Shown one piece after another: positions 25,761 through 33,901 of a stretch of DNA of 64,000 nt. Below the pieces are notes generated by a model that searched no databases, had not been told where the DNA came from, and saw only the letters and a program-made list of their open reading frames with translations. The first letter of the stretch is position 1. Each line of letters opens with the position of its first letter. The stretch is from a bacterium (GTDB lineage: Bacteria; Patescibacteriota; Minisyncoccia; Phycocordibacterales; SBAW01), in assembly GCA_021839985.1 (NCBI GenBank), contig JAKBZO010000001.1, positions 676-64,675 of the forward strand. Direction: 5' to 3'. A program made the translations under genes and the position numbers.

Positions 25761-27599
25761 TTACACGGTAATGATCTGATGCTCAACGAGGCGGCGGTAT
25801 GGTTCGCAGGTTTCCACGAGCTCTGCGTGCTTGCCCACGCCGACCATGCGGCCGCCATCCATCACGATGATCCGGTCCGCGTCACGCACGGTCGAAAGGC
25901 GGTGCGCGATGATAATGCCGGTGCGACCCTTGAGCGCTTCTCCCATCGCTTCGTGGATGATCGCTTCATTCTCGGCGTCAAGGTTGGAAGTGGCTTCGTC
26001 GAAGATGAGAATGTCGGGCTCCTGCAGAAGCGCTCGCGCGATGCCGACACGCTGGCGTTCGCCGCCGGAAAGCTTTACGCCGTTCTCGCCGATCAGCACG
26101 TCGAATCTTTTCTCACCGAGGCGATCATAGAATTGGTCGACGCGCGCCTTGCGCGAAACGTCATCAAGCTGCGCATCGGTGATCGTCTCAGGGTGCGCCG
26201 CAGCGAAGGTCATATTGTAGCGCAGCGCATTGTCGAACAGCTCGACTTGCTGCGGCACATAACCGACACGGCGCAGGAAACTCTGCTGGCTCACGTCGCG
26301 CAGATCATGCCCATCAACGAGAACACTGCCCTGATCCGGATCATACCCGCGCAACAGCAGGTGGACGATCGTGGTCTTGCCCGCACCGGAGTGCCCAACG
26401 ATCGCGGCGGTCTCCCCCGCCTCGATCGTGAACGACACATCGCGCAGGATCTCTTTGGACACGTCATCCTCTTCATTCCCCTCGCCAGCCGTTTCATCGT
26501 CGTCAGACGATACTTCTGGCGTGGCTTCGGCAGGCGCGATCGGATACGCGAACGAGACGTTGCGAAATTCGATGCGGCCGCTGATGCTTCCGAGCTCTAC
26601 CGCGCCAGCCTTGTCCTTCACCGCCGGCTCGCGATCAAGCGCATCGTGATAGATCTGAATATCAGAAAACTGCGTGATCATCTGCCGCTGCGCCCAGCCA
26701 AGATTGCCGACATTACCGAACACGCTCCCCATCCAGCCGATGAGCATCACGATCGAGCCGGGCGACTGCGCGCCGATCGAGACCAGATACACGCCGACCA
26801 TGAGCGCGAACACCTGTCCGAAGTAGATGAGCGTCGTGCGCCAGTAGTACGATGACAGATAATCGAACCAGATCGCCCGAGACGTTTGCGCCTTATCTTC
26901 GTACAACGTGTCATATTCGCGAACGATGGCGTCTTCTTTTGCCGAGAGTTTGATGACTTTTACATTGCGTAGCGCCTCGTTGAAATATTTCGACTGATCG
27001 TTCCATCGTTTGCGATTTTCTTTCATGGTCGGTAAGAACGTCGTGTTGTAGCGATACTGTGCCGCTACGTATATCAATGAGAAGAAGAGCACAACGCCGC
27101 CGAGTAAAGGACTTACGAATGTGATCGCAGCTGTCGCCAGAATGATCTGGAGCAAGAATGGCAGGAGCGAGTACACGCTCGTGTTGATGAATGCTATGAG
27201 CGCGTCACTGCCCTTATTCACCACCGAGAGGCGGAGGCCCGAATGTTCATTGATGTGTTGCCCAAGAGAAAAACGAAACACACGCTCCAGCGTGTGCGTC
27301 GCTATGAATTGCGGCATGCCGTAATCAAGATGCGCTTGCTCATATCGTTCGCGTAGGTAGTTGAGAATGTTGGCAACGAGATAGACGCCAAGGATGATGC
27401 CGCCGAGCATGAACGAATGTGAAAGCGGCGCGTGCGTGGCGAGATCGTCAATGATCTTACCCTGCAGATATGGAAGGAACAGAAAGAGCACTTGACCGCC
27501 GACCAGGAGCACGAACAAGATCGTGAGTATGCCGAAAAACGGCCGGTACAGCGTACGCAGCATGGCGAGCGGTTTGGTTTTTGGTGTTGTTTCAGTCAT
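25761..27599 (-). CDS. ABC transporter of the fused permease + ATPase (exporter type, MsbA/ABCB-like) kind
   Basis: A six-TM domain followed by Walker A GHSGAGKTT, the signature LSGGERQRVGIARAL and Walker B ILIFDEATSNLD. An acidic insert EATPEVSSDDDETAGEGNEEDD is present. Confidence 0.85.
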   Translation of the reverse strand: MTETTPKTKPLAMLRTLYRPFFGILTILFVLLVGGQVLFLFLPYLQGKIIDDLATHAPLSHSFMLGGIILGVYLVANILNYLRERYEQAHLDYGMPQFIATHTLERVFRFSLGQHINEHSGLRLSVVNKGSDALIAFINTSVYSLLPFLLQIILATAAITFVSPLLGGVVLFFSLIYVAAQYRYNTTFLPTMKENRKRWNDQSKYFNEALRNVKVIKLSAKEDAIVREYDTLYEDKAQTSRAIWFDYLSSYYWRTTLIYFGQVFALMVGVYLVSIGAQSPGSIVMLIGWMGSVFGNVGNLGWAQRQMITQFSDIQIYHDALDREPAVKDKAGAVELGSISGRIEFRNVSFAYPIAPAEATPEVSSDDDETAGEGNEEDDVSKEILRDVSFTIEAGETAAIVGHSGAGKTTIVHLLLRGYDPDQGSVLVDGHDLRDVSQQSFLRRVGYVPQQVELFDNALRYNMTFAAAHPETITDAQLDDVSRKARVDQFYDRLGEKRFDVLIGENGVKLSGGERQRVGIARALLQEPDILIFDEATSNLDAENEAIIHEAMGEALKGRTGIIIAHRLSTVRDADRIIVMDGGRMVGVGKHAELVETCEPYRRLVEHQIITV

Positions 27600-27637
27600 A
27601 AATCATGAGTGGGGGTGCACGCTGTAGGACTCGGCCA

Positions 27638-27726
27638 AGCGCTCGCTCGTCGCCGTCGCTCCTCGCTCCGCTCGGCCCTGCTCGCGCGACCCAGTCTGCT
27701 GACTGGGTGCCCGCGCTCGCTTTCGA
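27638..27726. repeat. Copy 1 of a ~90-nt structured repeat (CGCTC-rich arm plus a hairpin with covarying stem)
   Basis: aagcgctcgctcgtcgccgtcgctcctcgctccgctcggccctgctcgcgcgaccc-agtctgctgactgg-gtgcccgcgctcgctttcg. The second copy at 32739-32837 differs mainly by compensatory changes in the inner stem. Confidence 0.6.
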
Positions 27727-27800
27727 GCCCCTCAGGGTGCACAAAATTAAGCTCCGATACGCTCACGCGTATCGGAGCTTAATTTTGTGCACCCTGAGGG
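27724..27800. repeat. Long palindrome (~37-bp arms) made of the tRNA-Val 3' end plus a trailer and their inverted copy
   Basis: gagcccctcagggtgcacaaaattaagctccgatacg-ctcacg-cgtatcggagcttaattttgtgcaccctgaggggctc. Confidence 0.6.
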
Positions 27801-27860
27801 GCTCGAACCCCCGACCTTCTCAGTGTAAATGAGTTGCTCTACCAACTGAGCTAAGGGTGC
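27788..27860 (-). tRNA. tRNA-Val (anticodon TAC)
   Basis: The reverse complement reads gcacccttagctcagttggtagagcaactca-ttTACac-tgagaaggtcgggggttcgagcccctcagggtgca. Confidence 0.8.
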
Positions 27861-28065
27861 AAAAACATACCGCGAACACCGCTAAATTTACAATAAAAAC
27901 TTGTGTTGAGCAATGTTTTTCGTTCGTTTGTGCCCTCGGGAGGGATGATCCCGCAGTTACTAACTCGCTTGTTCGTGCTGCGCACTCCAAGCCCGTAAGT
28001 ACTGCTGGACGCGGCTCGCTATTTTGCTCGCCGAGGGCGCTCGCAAAATATGCTCCGCCGGTTCG

Positions 28066-28092
28066 ATTCCTCCCGCACGCAAAGCAGTTTGC
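28066..28092. repeat. Hairpin gcacgcaaa-gcagt-tttgcgtgc; the same stem with an inverted loop recurs at 33604-33631
   Basis: Both copies are followed by ctccg(g/a)g. Both lie about 40-70 nt 3' of a minus-strand tRNA-Arg gene. Confidence 0.5.
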
Positions 28093-28127
28093 GTGCTCCG
28101 GGGGCACACACTCACTACGTTCGTTTG

Positions 28128-28199
28128 TGCCCCCACGAGGAATCGAACCTCGATCAGCGGCTTAGAAGTCCGCAGTTTTATCCATTAAACTACAGGGGC
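28128..28199 (-). tRNA. tRNA-Arg (anticodon TCT)
   Basis: The reverse complement reads gcccctgtagtttaatggataaaactgcgga-ctTCTaa-gccgctgatcgaggttcgattcctcgtgggggca, with one A-G mismatch at the base of the anticodon stem. Confidence 0.7.
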
Positions 28200-28503
28200 T
28201 TTTAGTCTTTCCAAAACATCCTAATTGTATATAGGTCTTTCTTCTGTGACAATTTGCGCACCTTACCTCACATTTTTCCGTCTCCGCCAAAACGGATCCC
28301 CAGGAATAATGTCCTGACAGCATTTGTGATGCTTTCTTAAATTTTACGGAGGGGACCACGTGGTCAAAGTCTAACACGATAGGATCACTCTCCCCACAAT
28401 CAACACATTTTTTTGTAGAAAGCAGGGCCAACAACTTTTCTCTGACACGTATGCGGTGTCTTTTTTGAGCGGCGTATAAATCCTCTTTCTTTTTATAGGG
28501 CAC
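28162..28503 (-). CDS. Small HNH endonuclease in an AT-rich islet; its 3' end overlaps the tRNA-Arg(TCT) 5' half
   Basis: The HNH motif is CVDCGESDPIVLDFDHVVP...CANCHRRKT. The segment 28200-28500 is low in GC. Confidence 0.7.
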   Translation of the reverse strand: MPYKKKEDLYAAQKRHRIRVREKLLALLSTKKCVDCGESDPIVLDFDHVVPSVKFKKASQMLSGHYSWGSVLAETEKCEVRCANCHRRKTYIQLGCFGKTKSPCSLMDKTADF

Positions 28504-28545
28504 CTAGGGATCATAGCAAATGATTCTAACCCTGCCAAGCACCAC

Positions 28546-28875
28546 CTATCTCGACGGATCAGGAACGGAAACTGTCGATGTTGCCAGGAGCTGCACATGC
28601 TCTGCACTCAGGCCGCTGGCATGGGAGAGTGCCTCGTCGAGCTGCGCCACACTCGGGCCGCGCAGGTTCGCAACCGCCGTCCCGTCTGTTGTAGGATTTT
28701 CAATGATCGATACATACATCCACAGATCGAAGACCCCGAATAAAAAGAGTATCGACAATGACGCCACCGCGATGATAAGCCAGTCGCGATGCGGATGAGC
28801 AAGCGAGCCGCAGCAGCGCTGTGCATCTGCGTGCTTTGGAGTCAGTATGGCGATGAGTGATCGAAGTGTCGGCAT
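28546..28875 (-). CDS. Small single-TM membrane protein at the distal end of the pilMNO operon; hypothetical
   Basis: The TM segment is WLIIAVASLSILFLFGVFDLWMY. The likely start is MPTLRSL (28875), and the ORF-table start overlaps pilO. Confidence 0.4.
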   Translation of the reverse strand: MPTLRSLIAILTPKHADAQRCCGSLAHPHRDWLIIAVASLSILFLFGVFDLWMYVSIIENPTTDGTAVANLRGPSVAQLDEALSHASGLSAEHVQLLATSTVSVPDPSR

Positions 28876-28888
28876 AGTGTTGTAATCG

Positions 28889-29590
28889 TTATGGCGTCTC
28901 GAACGAAACAGCAGAGAGGTTGAACGAGCCGCTCCACGTGCCGGCACCTGTCCCCGTCGCTCCAGCTGCACCGACGGCGCCTGTTTCCAGACCTAGGTTA
29001 AGCGATGACAGCACGATCCCCTGAGAGAGGGTCTCAACGAGGCGGATGAATCGCTCGCATGAAGAAAAGCTTCCGGAGATCCGCACGGTCATAGTGAATG
29101 ATCCTGGAGCGTTTCCGTGCGGCGGAACGACCCCGACATTGGAGACTGTCGTGTCCACGCCGGCCGTTTTCCCGAGACCCTCGATCCCGCCAATGAAATC
29201 TGCACCGCCTCCTTGAGGAATGGGGAGCGTCTGCAACTCAGCGCGTTCTTTCTTGGTCAAGTCCAGCAGCCGCATCGCGGAAGAAAGCATCTGTTGCTCC
29301 TGCATTTTATCTCCCAGCGTCTGTGCTGCCGTTTGTGCTCCGTTGCTCGCCGTGTAGACGCCATACCATATGGCACCAAAGAGCGTCGCGGAAAGCGCGA
29401 AGAGTACGCCCGCTGTCGCAAGATGCACGACCGAGGCTACCCTCTCGCCTCCCTGGCTAGAGGGGAGCGCCGGGCTGAGACTCCTCGCGTCAGAAAAATG
29501 ATCGATGTTTTGCTCTCCACCAGCACCACGCGCGCTCGCGAGAGTGCCACTATTGACGCGCTGAGTATGTGTACGAAAAGGCCAGGTCAT
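28889..29590 (-). CDS. pilO: PilO-like type IV pilus assembly protein
   Basis: A TM helix, a coiled-coil and a C-terminal PilO-type domain. Its position follows pilM-pilN. The start was taken at MTWPF (29590). Confidence 0.5.
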   Translation of the reverse strand: MTWPFRTHTQRVNSGTLASARGAGGEQNIDHFSDARSLSPALPSSQGGERVASVVHLATAGVLFALSATLFGAIWYGVYTASNGAQTAAQTLGDKMQEQQMLSSAMRLLDLTKKERAELQTLPIPQGGGADFIGGIEGLGKTAGVDTTVSNVGVVPPHGNAPGSFTMTVRISGSFSSCERFIRLVETLSQGIVLSSLNLGLETGAVGAAGATGTGAGTWSGSFNLSAVSFETP

Positions 29591-29603
29591 AGGTATAACA
29601 ACA

Positions 29604-30149
29604 TTACGACTGCGGAAGCGTGTACGTGACCGTAATGACGAAAGGTGTCTGATCCGCAACCGCCAACGCCTCCGGCGGTAAGACCACGCCGCTTACATTC
29701 GGCACCTGCATGAGACGCTGCTTGAATGCGAGCATGTCATCGCGCGTGTCGGCGACGCCAGAAAGATCCACGGTCGCAGAAGAAGCGGTGGCGGTGAGAT
29801 CGATCCTTTGGATCTTTATCGTCGTATCCCGCACCCCAAGCAAAGAATCTATGACCGTCGATGGTCGCGGGATCGCGGCGCTGTCATGAAGCGCTTTGTA
29901 GATCGCGAGCGCTGACGAACCGTTCTTTGAAGCAGCGACGAGGTTTGGTTGAGAGATGGATAGGTCGGTGACCGACGCTTGTAGGAGCAGGCTATTTTGC
30001 GCCACGCCAGCGCGGAAGTATGCCGGCGCGAGCAAGCCCCCGGCAATGACCAGTACCGCCGCTCCAGCAAGAAGCGAGACCGCGGCAAAACGCATGCGGT
30101 AGTCCGCTCGCAGGCGCTCTCTAGTATCATGTGGCAGAAGATTGATCAT
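29604..30149 (-). CDS. pilN: Type IV pilus assembly protein PilN
   Basis: The MINLLPHDTRERL start is typical of PilN. A single TM segment is followed by a periplasmic domain. Confidence 0.65.
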   Translation of the reverse strand: MINLLPHDTRERLRADYRMRFAAVSLLAGAAVLVIAGGLLAPAYFRAGVAQNSLLLQASVTDLSISQPNLVAASKNGSSALAIYKALHDSAAIPRPSTVIDSLLGVRDTTIKIQRIDLTATASSATVDLSGVADTRDDMLAFKQRLMQVPNVSGVVLPPEALAVADQTPFVITVTYTLPQS

Positions 30150-31252
30150 AGTGAATTGTGTGCTGCGGCACGCAGGGCAAGACCGATGACCGTCGCATAG
30201 CGCAGGGAATCATTCTTGTGGATCGGCGGTATGATCCCTCCTCCGCCGAGCGCCGGATGGAGGTCGGCGACGCGGCACGGCACATGCATCGAACGCGCCA
30301 CATGTTCAACAAAACCGCGCATGAGTGCGTTGCCGCCATAGAGCACGATCGATGAGATCGGCAGGAGCGGATCCCCGTGCGCGATGCGTAATTGCCAATA
30401 CACCGACACGCGATCAAGCACCGCGGTCACACCCTTCGCATACCCGAGGCATGGGTGCACGATAGAGCTGTCTTCTGCGAGTCCTTCTTCGTATTTGAGA
30501 CGCGACAGCTCGGCGCTTATCCATGCAGCATCTCCCCTACCCTCTTCTTTGCCTTTGAGAGAATCAAACAAAGCATTGTCGAGCGTTTCACTTCCAGCGA
30601 TCGACGTGGTAAAGCGCACTGCATCATTTTGAACGACGGAGAGCGTCGTCGCGGAAAGTCCCAGATCGACGATGATGCATGCGCCGCGCATGGTCCGAGG
30701 AAGGATCGCTCGCAGCGCTGCCTGCGGTTCAAGTTCGAATGACAACGGAGAGAAGCCTGCACCGCGCAGCGCATCCGTATACTGCTGTGCGATAGTCTCC
30801 GGGAAAGCGGTGACCACGACGGAGCGCGTCGTGGCACCAGACTCAGCGGAGACGACTTCGCAATCAAACACGACTTCAGCGGGCGCCAGCGGCACCTGTT
30901 CGGAAAGCGCCACCTCGACCGAGCGCGAAAGAGGCACTGACGGGTCCACCGTGGAGACCGTGTCAAACAAATATCCCTTTTGTTCGGGAAGCGACGCGTA
31001 GGTAAAAGTGAACCCGCAGCGCTCGCGCACTTGCGAAAGCGCGCGCACCAGCGCTTCTTTATTGCGAATATCGCCGTCGACGACCGCACCCGAGGGCAGC
31101 GGCACTTCACCGAAGCGGGCCACTTCACGCCGCTTCGTAAGCACATCGAATGAAAAGTATTTGATCGTGTGTTCGGAGATGTCTATCCCGCCGCCGTCCA
31201 TGGCGAGCAAACGCGGAACCGGAAAGAGGCGCGGCAAAAGGTGCGAGGACAT
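30146..31252 (-). CDS. pilM: Type IV pilus assembly protein PilM (actin-like ATPase fold)
   Basis: 368 aa. The N-terminal ...GIDISEHTIKYFSFDV..., the central ...IVDLGLSATTLSVV... and the C-terminal ...LYGGNALMRGFVEHVA... regions are arranged as in PilM/FtsA-like proteins. Confidence 0.75.
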   Translation of the reverse strand: MSSHLLPRLFPVPRLLAMDGGGIDISEHTIKYFSFDVLTKRREVARFGEVPLPSGAVVDGDIRNKEALVRALSQVRERCGFTFTYASLPEQKGYLFDTVSTVDPSVPLSRSVEVALSEQVPLAPAEVVFDCEVVSAESGATTRSVVVTAFPETIAQQYTDALRGAGFSPLSFELEPQAALRAILPRTMRGACIIVDLGLSATTLSVVQNDAVRFTTSIAGSETLDNALFDSLKGKEEGRGDAAWISAELSRLKYEEGLAEDSSIVHPCLGYAKGVTAVLDRVSVYWQLRIAHGDPLLPISSIVLYGGNALMRGFVEHVARSMHVPCRVADLHPALGGGGIIPPIHKNDSLRYATVIGLALRAAAHNSL

Positions 31253-31285
31253 ATCATATTCATTATAGCAGGTATCGATCGCCCG

Positions 31286-31879
31286 CTATCTCATGATCAC
31301 TCTCAATACCGCCCAAACGATCACGAGACCGATGACCAGTGCGAATGCTCCGAAGTAGCGGCGCATGCCTTCAAAGGTTTTCTCCCCGAAGTGCTCCACG
31401 ACGTACGCGACGAGGAAGACGCGACCGATGCGACCGGCGCCGAAGCCGACAATGAAGGGAAGAAATGGTATGTGCAGAAAACCGGAGAGGATCACGAATA
31501 CTTTGTCCGGCACCGGCGCGAACATGAGGAACATCATGACGAGTAAGATATTCCCCGCCAAAAAAGCGTGCGCGGTGCGGAATGAACGGTGAAGATCGAA
31601 GTAGCGGACCGCGGGCGCGCCGAACCAATGGAACAGCGCCACACCGATGAGGTAGCCTACGATAGCGCCCGCGATCGACGCGGCGGCAGTGATAGCGGCA
31701 TAGCGTTTCCAGCGAGAACGGTCGGCAAGCGTAAAGGCCACCATGACACTCTCCGGCCACAGCGGCAGAAAGATCGGTTCAAGGAATGCGAATAGCGCCA
31801 ACCACCACGAACTGTGCGGTGAGCGCAGATGATCGACGAACCACTGCCATCGATGCGGCTGTTGCGATCCGGTATTCAT
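31286..31879 (-). CDS. DedA/YqaA-family membrane protein
   Basis: 197 aa with four or five TM helices. WWLALFAFLEPIFLPLWPESVMVAFTLA resembles the DedA-family re-entrant motif. Confidence 0.5.
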   Translation of the reverse strand: MNTGSQQPHRWQWFVDHLRSPHSSWWLALFAFLEPIFLPLWPESVMVAFTLADRSRWKRYAAITAAASIAGAIVGYLIGVALFHWFGAPAVRYFDLHRSFRTAHAFLAGNILLVMMFLMFAPVPDKVFVILSGFLHIPFLPFIVGFGAGRIGRVFLVAYVVEHFGEKTFEGMRRYFGAFALVIGLVIVWAVLRVIMR

Positions 31880-31903
31880 ATATTAGAAGCAGTTTCTTGG
31901 GTA

Positions 31904-32269
31904 TCAACCAACCCGGGCTCCTGCAGGCGCTGCTGGCGCTTCAAGGAGAGCAAAGGCTCCCTCCTCATTGCTTGCTGCCAAGATCATGCCCTGGCTCTCA
32001 AGACCCATGAGCGTGCGCGGCTTGAGGTTGTACACGAACGCGACGCGCTTACCGACAAGCACCGCATGGTCGGGAAAATAACGCGCGATGCCGGAGAGGA
32101 TCTGCCGCACTTCTCCAGCGCCGAAGGACACCATGAGCCGTAGCAGTTTGTCCGAGCCTTCGATAGGTTCGACCGAAATGATCTCGCCAATGCGAATATC
32201 GGTACGATGGAATTCATCGATCGAGATCGATGCAACTTCTTCGTTGATAGTGAAGTCATTCATGTTCAT
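31904..32269 (-). CDS. tRNA-binding domain protein (CsaA/Trbp111/EMAP-like, OB fold)
   Basis: DIRIGEIISVEPIEGSDKLLRLMVSFGAGEVRQILSGIARYFP...VAFVYNLKPRTLMGLESQGMILAA matches the Myf/tRNA-binding domain. Confidence 0.75.
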   Translation of the reverse strand: MNMNDFTINEEVASISIDEFHRTDIRIGEIISVEPIEGSDKLLRLMVSFGAGEVRQILSGIARYFPDHAVLVGKRVAFVYNLKPRTLMGLESQGMILAASNEEGAFALLEAPAAPAGARVG

Positions 32270-32706
32270 TCGTGCGCTCCGGTCGAGTTCATTCTATCAA
32301 GGAAGCTCTGCAATATCACGGCTGCGGCTGACGCGTCGAGTTTTTCTTGAGCGGATGCTCCCTGCTTGCGAGCGTTGCGCGGATGTTCTCCTCGCCCGAC
32401 ACGCGAAGCCTGCGCGCTTGTCATGAACTCTGGCTCGAAGATGATCGGGGTGCCTGCCGCTCGGCCAAGTGCGTCAGCGAACGAGCGGACCCGCGCCATG
32501 ACCGGATTGTCGCGGCCGGAGAGATCTTTCGATTCGCCGATCACGAACGCTTTCGCCTCTCGCTCGCGCGCGAGCGCCGATGCACGTGCAAGCGCATCTT
32601 TCTCACTGGCCACTTCAAGCGGAAATGCGACGCGGTCTCCCTCGTCGGACACGGCGAGTCCTACACGCTTGGTTCCATAATCGATACCGATATACATATG
32701 ATTCAT
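32266..32706 (-). CDS. ruvX: Holliday-junction resolvase-like protein RuvX/YqgF
   Basis: YIGIDYGTKRVGLAVSD is the YqgF N-terminal signature. The true start is probably MYIGID (32697). Confidence 0.85.
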   Translation of the reverse strand: MNHMYIGIDYGTKRVGLAVSDEGDRVAFPLEVASEKDALARASALAREREAKAFVIGESKDLSGRDNPVMARVRSFADALGRAAGTPIIFEPEFMTSAQASRVGRGEHPRNARKQGASAQEKLDASAAAVILQSFLDRMNSTGAHE

Positions 32707-32738
32707 TCCCAGAAATGCGGATGGGGTGAGATTCGGCT

Positions 32739-32837
32739 AAGCGCTCGCTCGTCGCCGTCGCTCCTCGCTCCGCTCAGCCCTACTCGCGCGACCCGCCGTG
32801 CTCGGCGGGTGCCCGCGCTCGCCTTCGGATCTCACCC
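32739..32837. repeat. Copy 2 of the ~90-nt structured repeat, preceded at 32716-32736 by a 20-nt direct copy of the tRNA-Ser 3' end
   Basis: Identical to copy 1 over aagcgctcgctcgtcgccgtcgctcctcgctccgctc and ctcgcgcgaccc...gtgcccgcgctcgc. The inner stem is gccgtgctcggcgg here versus agtctgctgactgg in copy 1. The sequence tgcggatggggtgagattcg is repeated at 32716 and 32892. Confidence 0.6.
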
Positions 32838-32891
32838 AATCGCGCAATGGCAATCTTCAAATAGTCGCGGGGACTGTTTGAACGAGCCACC

Positions 32892-32979
32892 TGCGGATGG
32901 GGTGAGATTCGAACTCACGACACCTTGCGGTGTGGCGGTTTTCAAGACCGCTGCCTTAGACCACTCGGCCACCCATCCA
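32892..32979 (-). tRNA. tRNA-Ser (anticodon TGA), long variable arm
   Basis: The reverse complement reads ggatgggtggccgagtggtctaaggcagcggt-ctTGAaa-accgccacaccgcaaggtgtcgtgagttcgaatctcaccccatccgca. Confidence 0.8.
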
Positions 32980-33102
32980 GTACCATACAACTTACAACAA
33001 AAGTGGCCTTGTTGGAAGCGACACGCATCTTCCCATGAAGAAGGTGCGACATTCTTCGTGCTCGATCACACTGCTTAAGATTTTGTTTGATATACTTAAC
33101 GC

Positions 33103-33597
33103 ATGGATCCTGTTCTTAATGAGCACGCCGACCAGGTGCAGGCTATTCATTGGCGCACACCGACGCACGTTCACACCGCGCGCTCCGTCGACTGGTTCTG
33201 GGCGCTCGGCATCATAGCGATCTGCGGTGCCATCATCGCGGCTTGGCTCGGCGACGCACTCTTCGGCGTCATCATCGTGGTCGCCGCCGCGGTCATCGGC
33301 ATGATCTCAGCGCGGGAGCCGCGCGAACACGATGTCACCCTTCAAGAAACGGGCGTCGTGGTCGATCACGAGCTATATCCTTTTCATGCTATTCGTTCAT
33401 TCTGGATAGAATACGAAGGAATGCCTCTGCCTAAAATGTATCTTTCTACGAACGCGCTTATCCATCCGCATGTGATCGTCTTGCTTCCGTCTGAAGATTA
33501 TGTCGACGAAGTGCGCGACTTTCTTGAAATGTACGATGTGAAAGAAGAAGCTCAGCACTCTGCGGGGACCATGCTCGCGCGCATCTTCGGGTGGTGA
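33103..33597 (+). CDS. Hypothetical two-TM membrane protein
   Basis: 164-aa ORF. The TM helices are WFWALGIIAICGAIIAAWLG and VIIVVAAAVIGMI, followed by a soluble C-terminal domain. Confidence 0.45.
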   Translation: MDPVLNEHADQVQAIHWRTPTHVHTARSVDWFWALGIIAICGAIIAAWLGDALFGVIIVVAAAVIGMISAREPREHDVTLQETGVVVDHELYPFHAIRSFWIEYEGMPLPKMYLSTNALIHPHVIVLLPSEDYVDEVRDFLEMYDVKEEAQHSAGTMLARIFGW

Positions 33598-33677
33598 TCT
33601 GGAGCGCACGCAAACTGCTTTGCGTGCTCCGAGAGGGTAAGCGAAAAAAGCGCTCGTTGCGCTCTTTTTCGTACTTG

Positions 33678-33749
33678 TCCTCTCGGTAGGAATCGAACCT
33701 ACATTACAAGCTCCGCAAGCTTGCGTTCTATCCATTGAACTACGAGAGG
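33678..33749 (-). tRNA. tRNA-Arg (anticodon GCG)
   Basis: The reverse complement reads cctctcgtagttcaatggatagaacgcaagc-ttGCGga-gcttgtaatgtaggttcgattcctaccgagagg. It is followed on the minus strand by the hairpin terminator agcgaaaaaagcgctcgttgcgctctttttcg (33640-33672). Confidence 0.8.
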
Positions 33750-33901
33750 ATGTGTCCTCACACTACACCATAATGACAAAAATTCAAATGGACCTTATGG
33801 AGTGCCATTCTTAGCCTCTTGGTGCTATACTTTTCCCAGAAAGTTCTCGATCTGCTTGTAACGAGCAGATCTTCACGATCGACTCACCATAGGGAGGCAT
33901 C

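Noticed and set aside
27605-27832. ORFs translating the structured repeat (shared peptide ARSSPSLLAPL.P.RAT.....VPALAF, also inside 32347-33078)
   Set aside because: The two copies differ by compensatory nucleotide changes that preserve a hairpin but alter five consecutive amino acids. That is the signature of a nucleic-acid structure, not of a protein.
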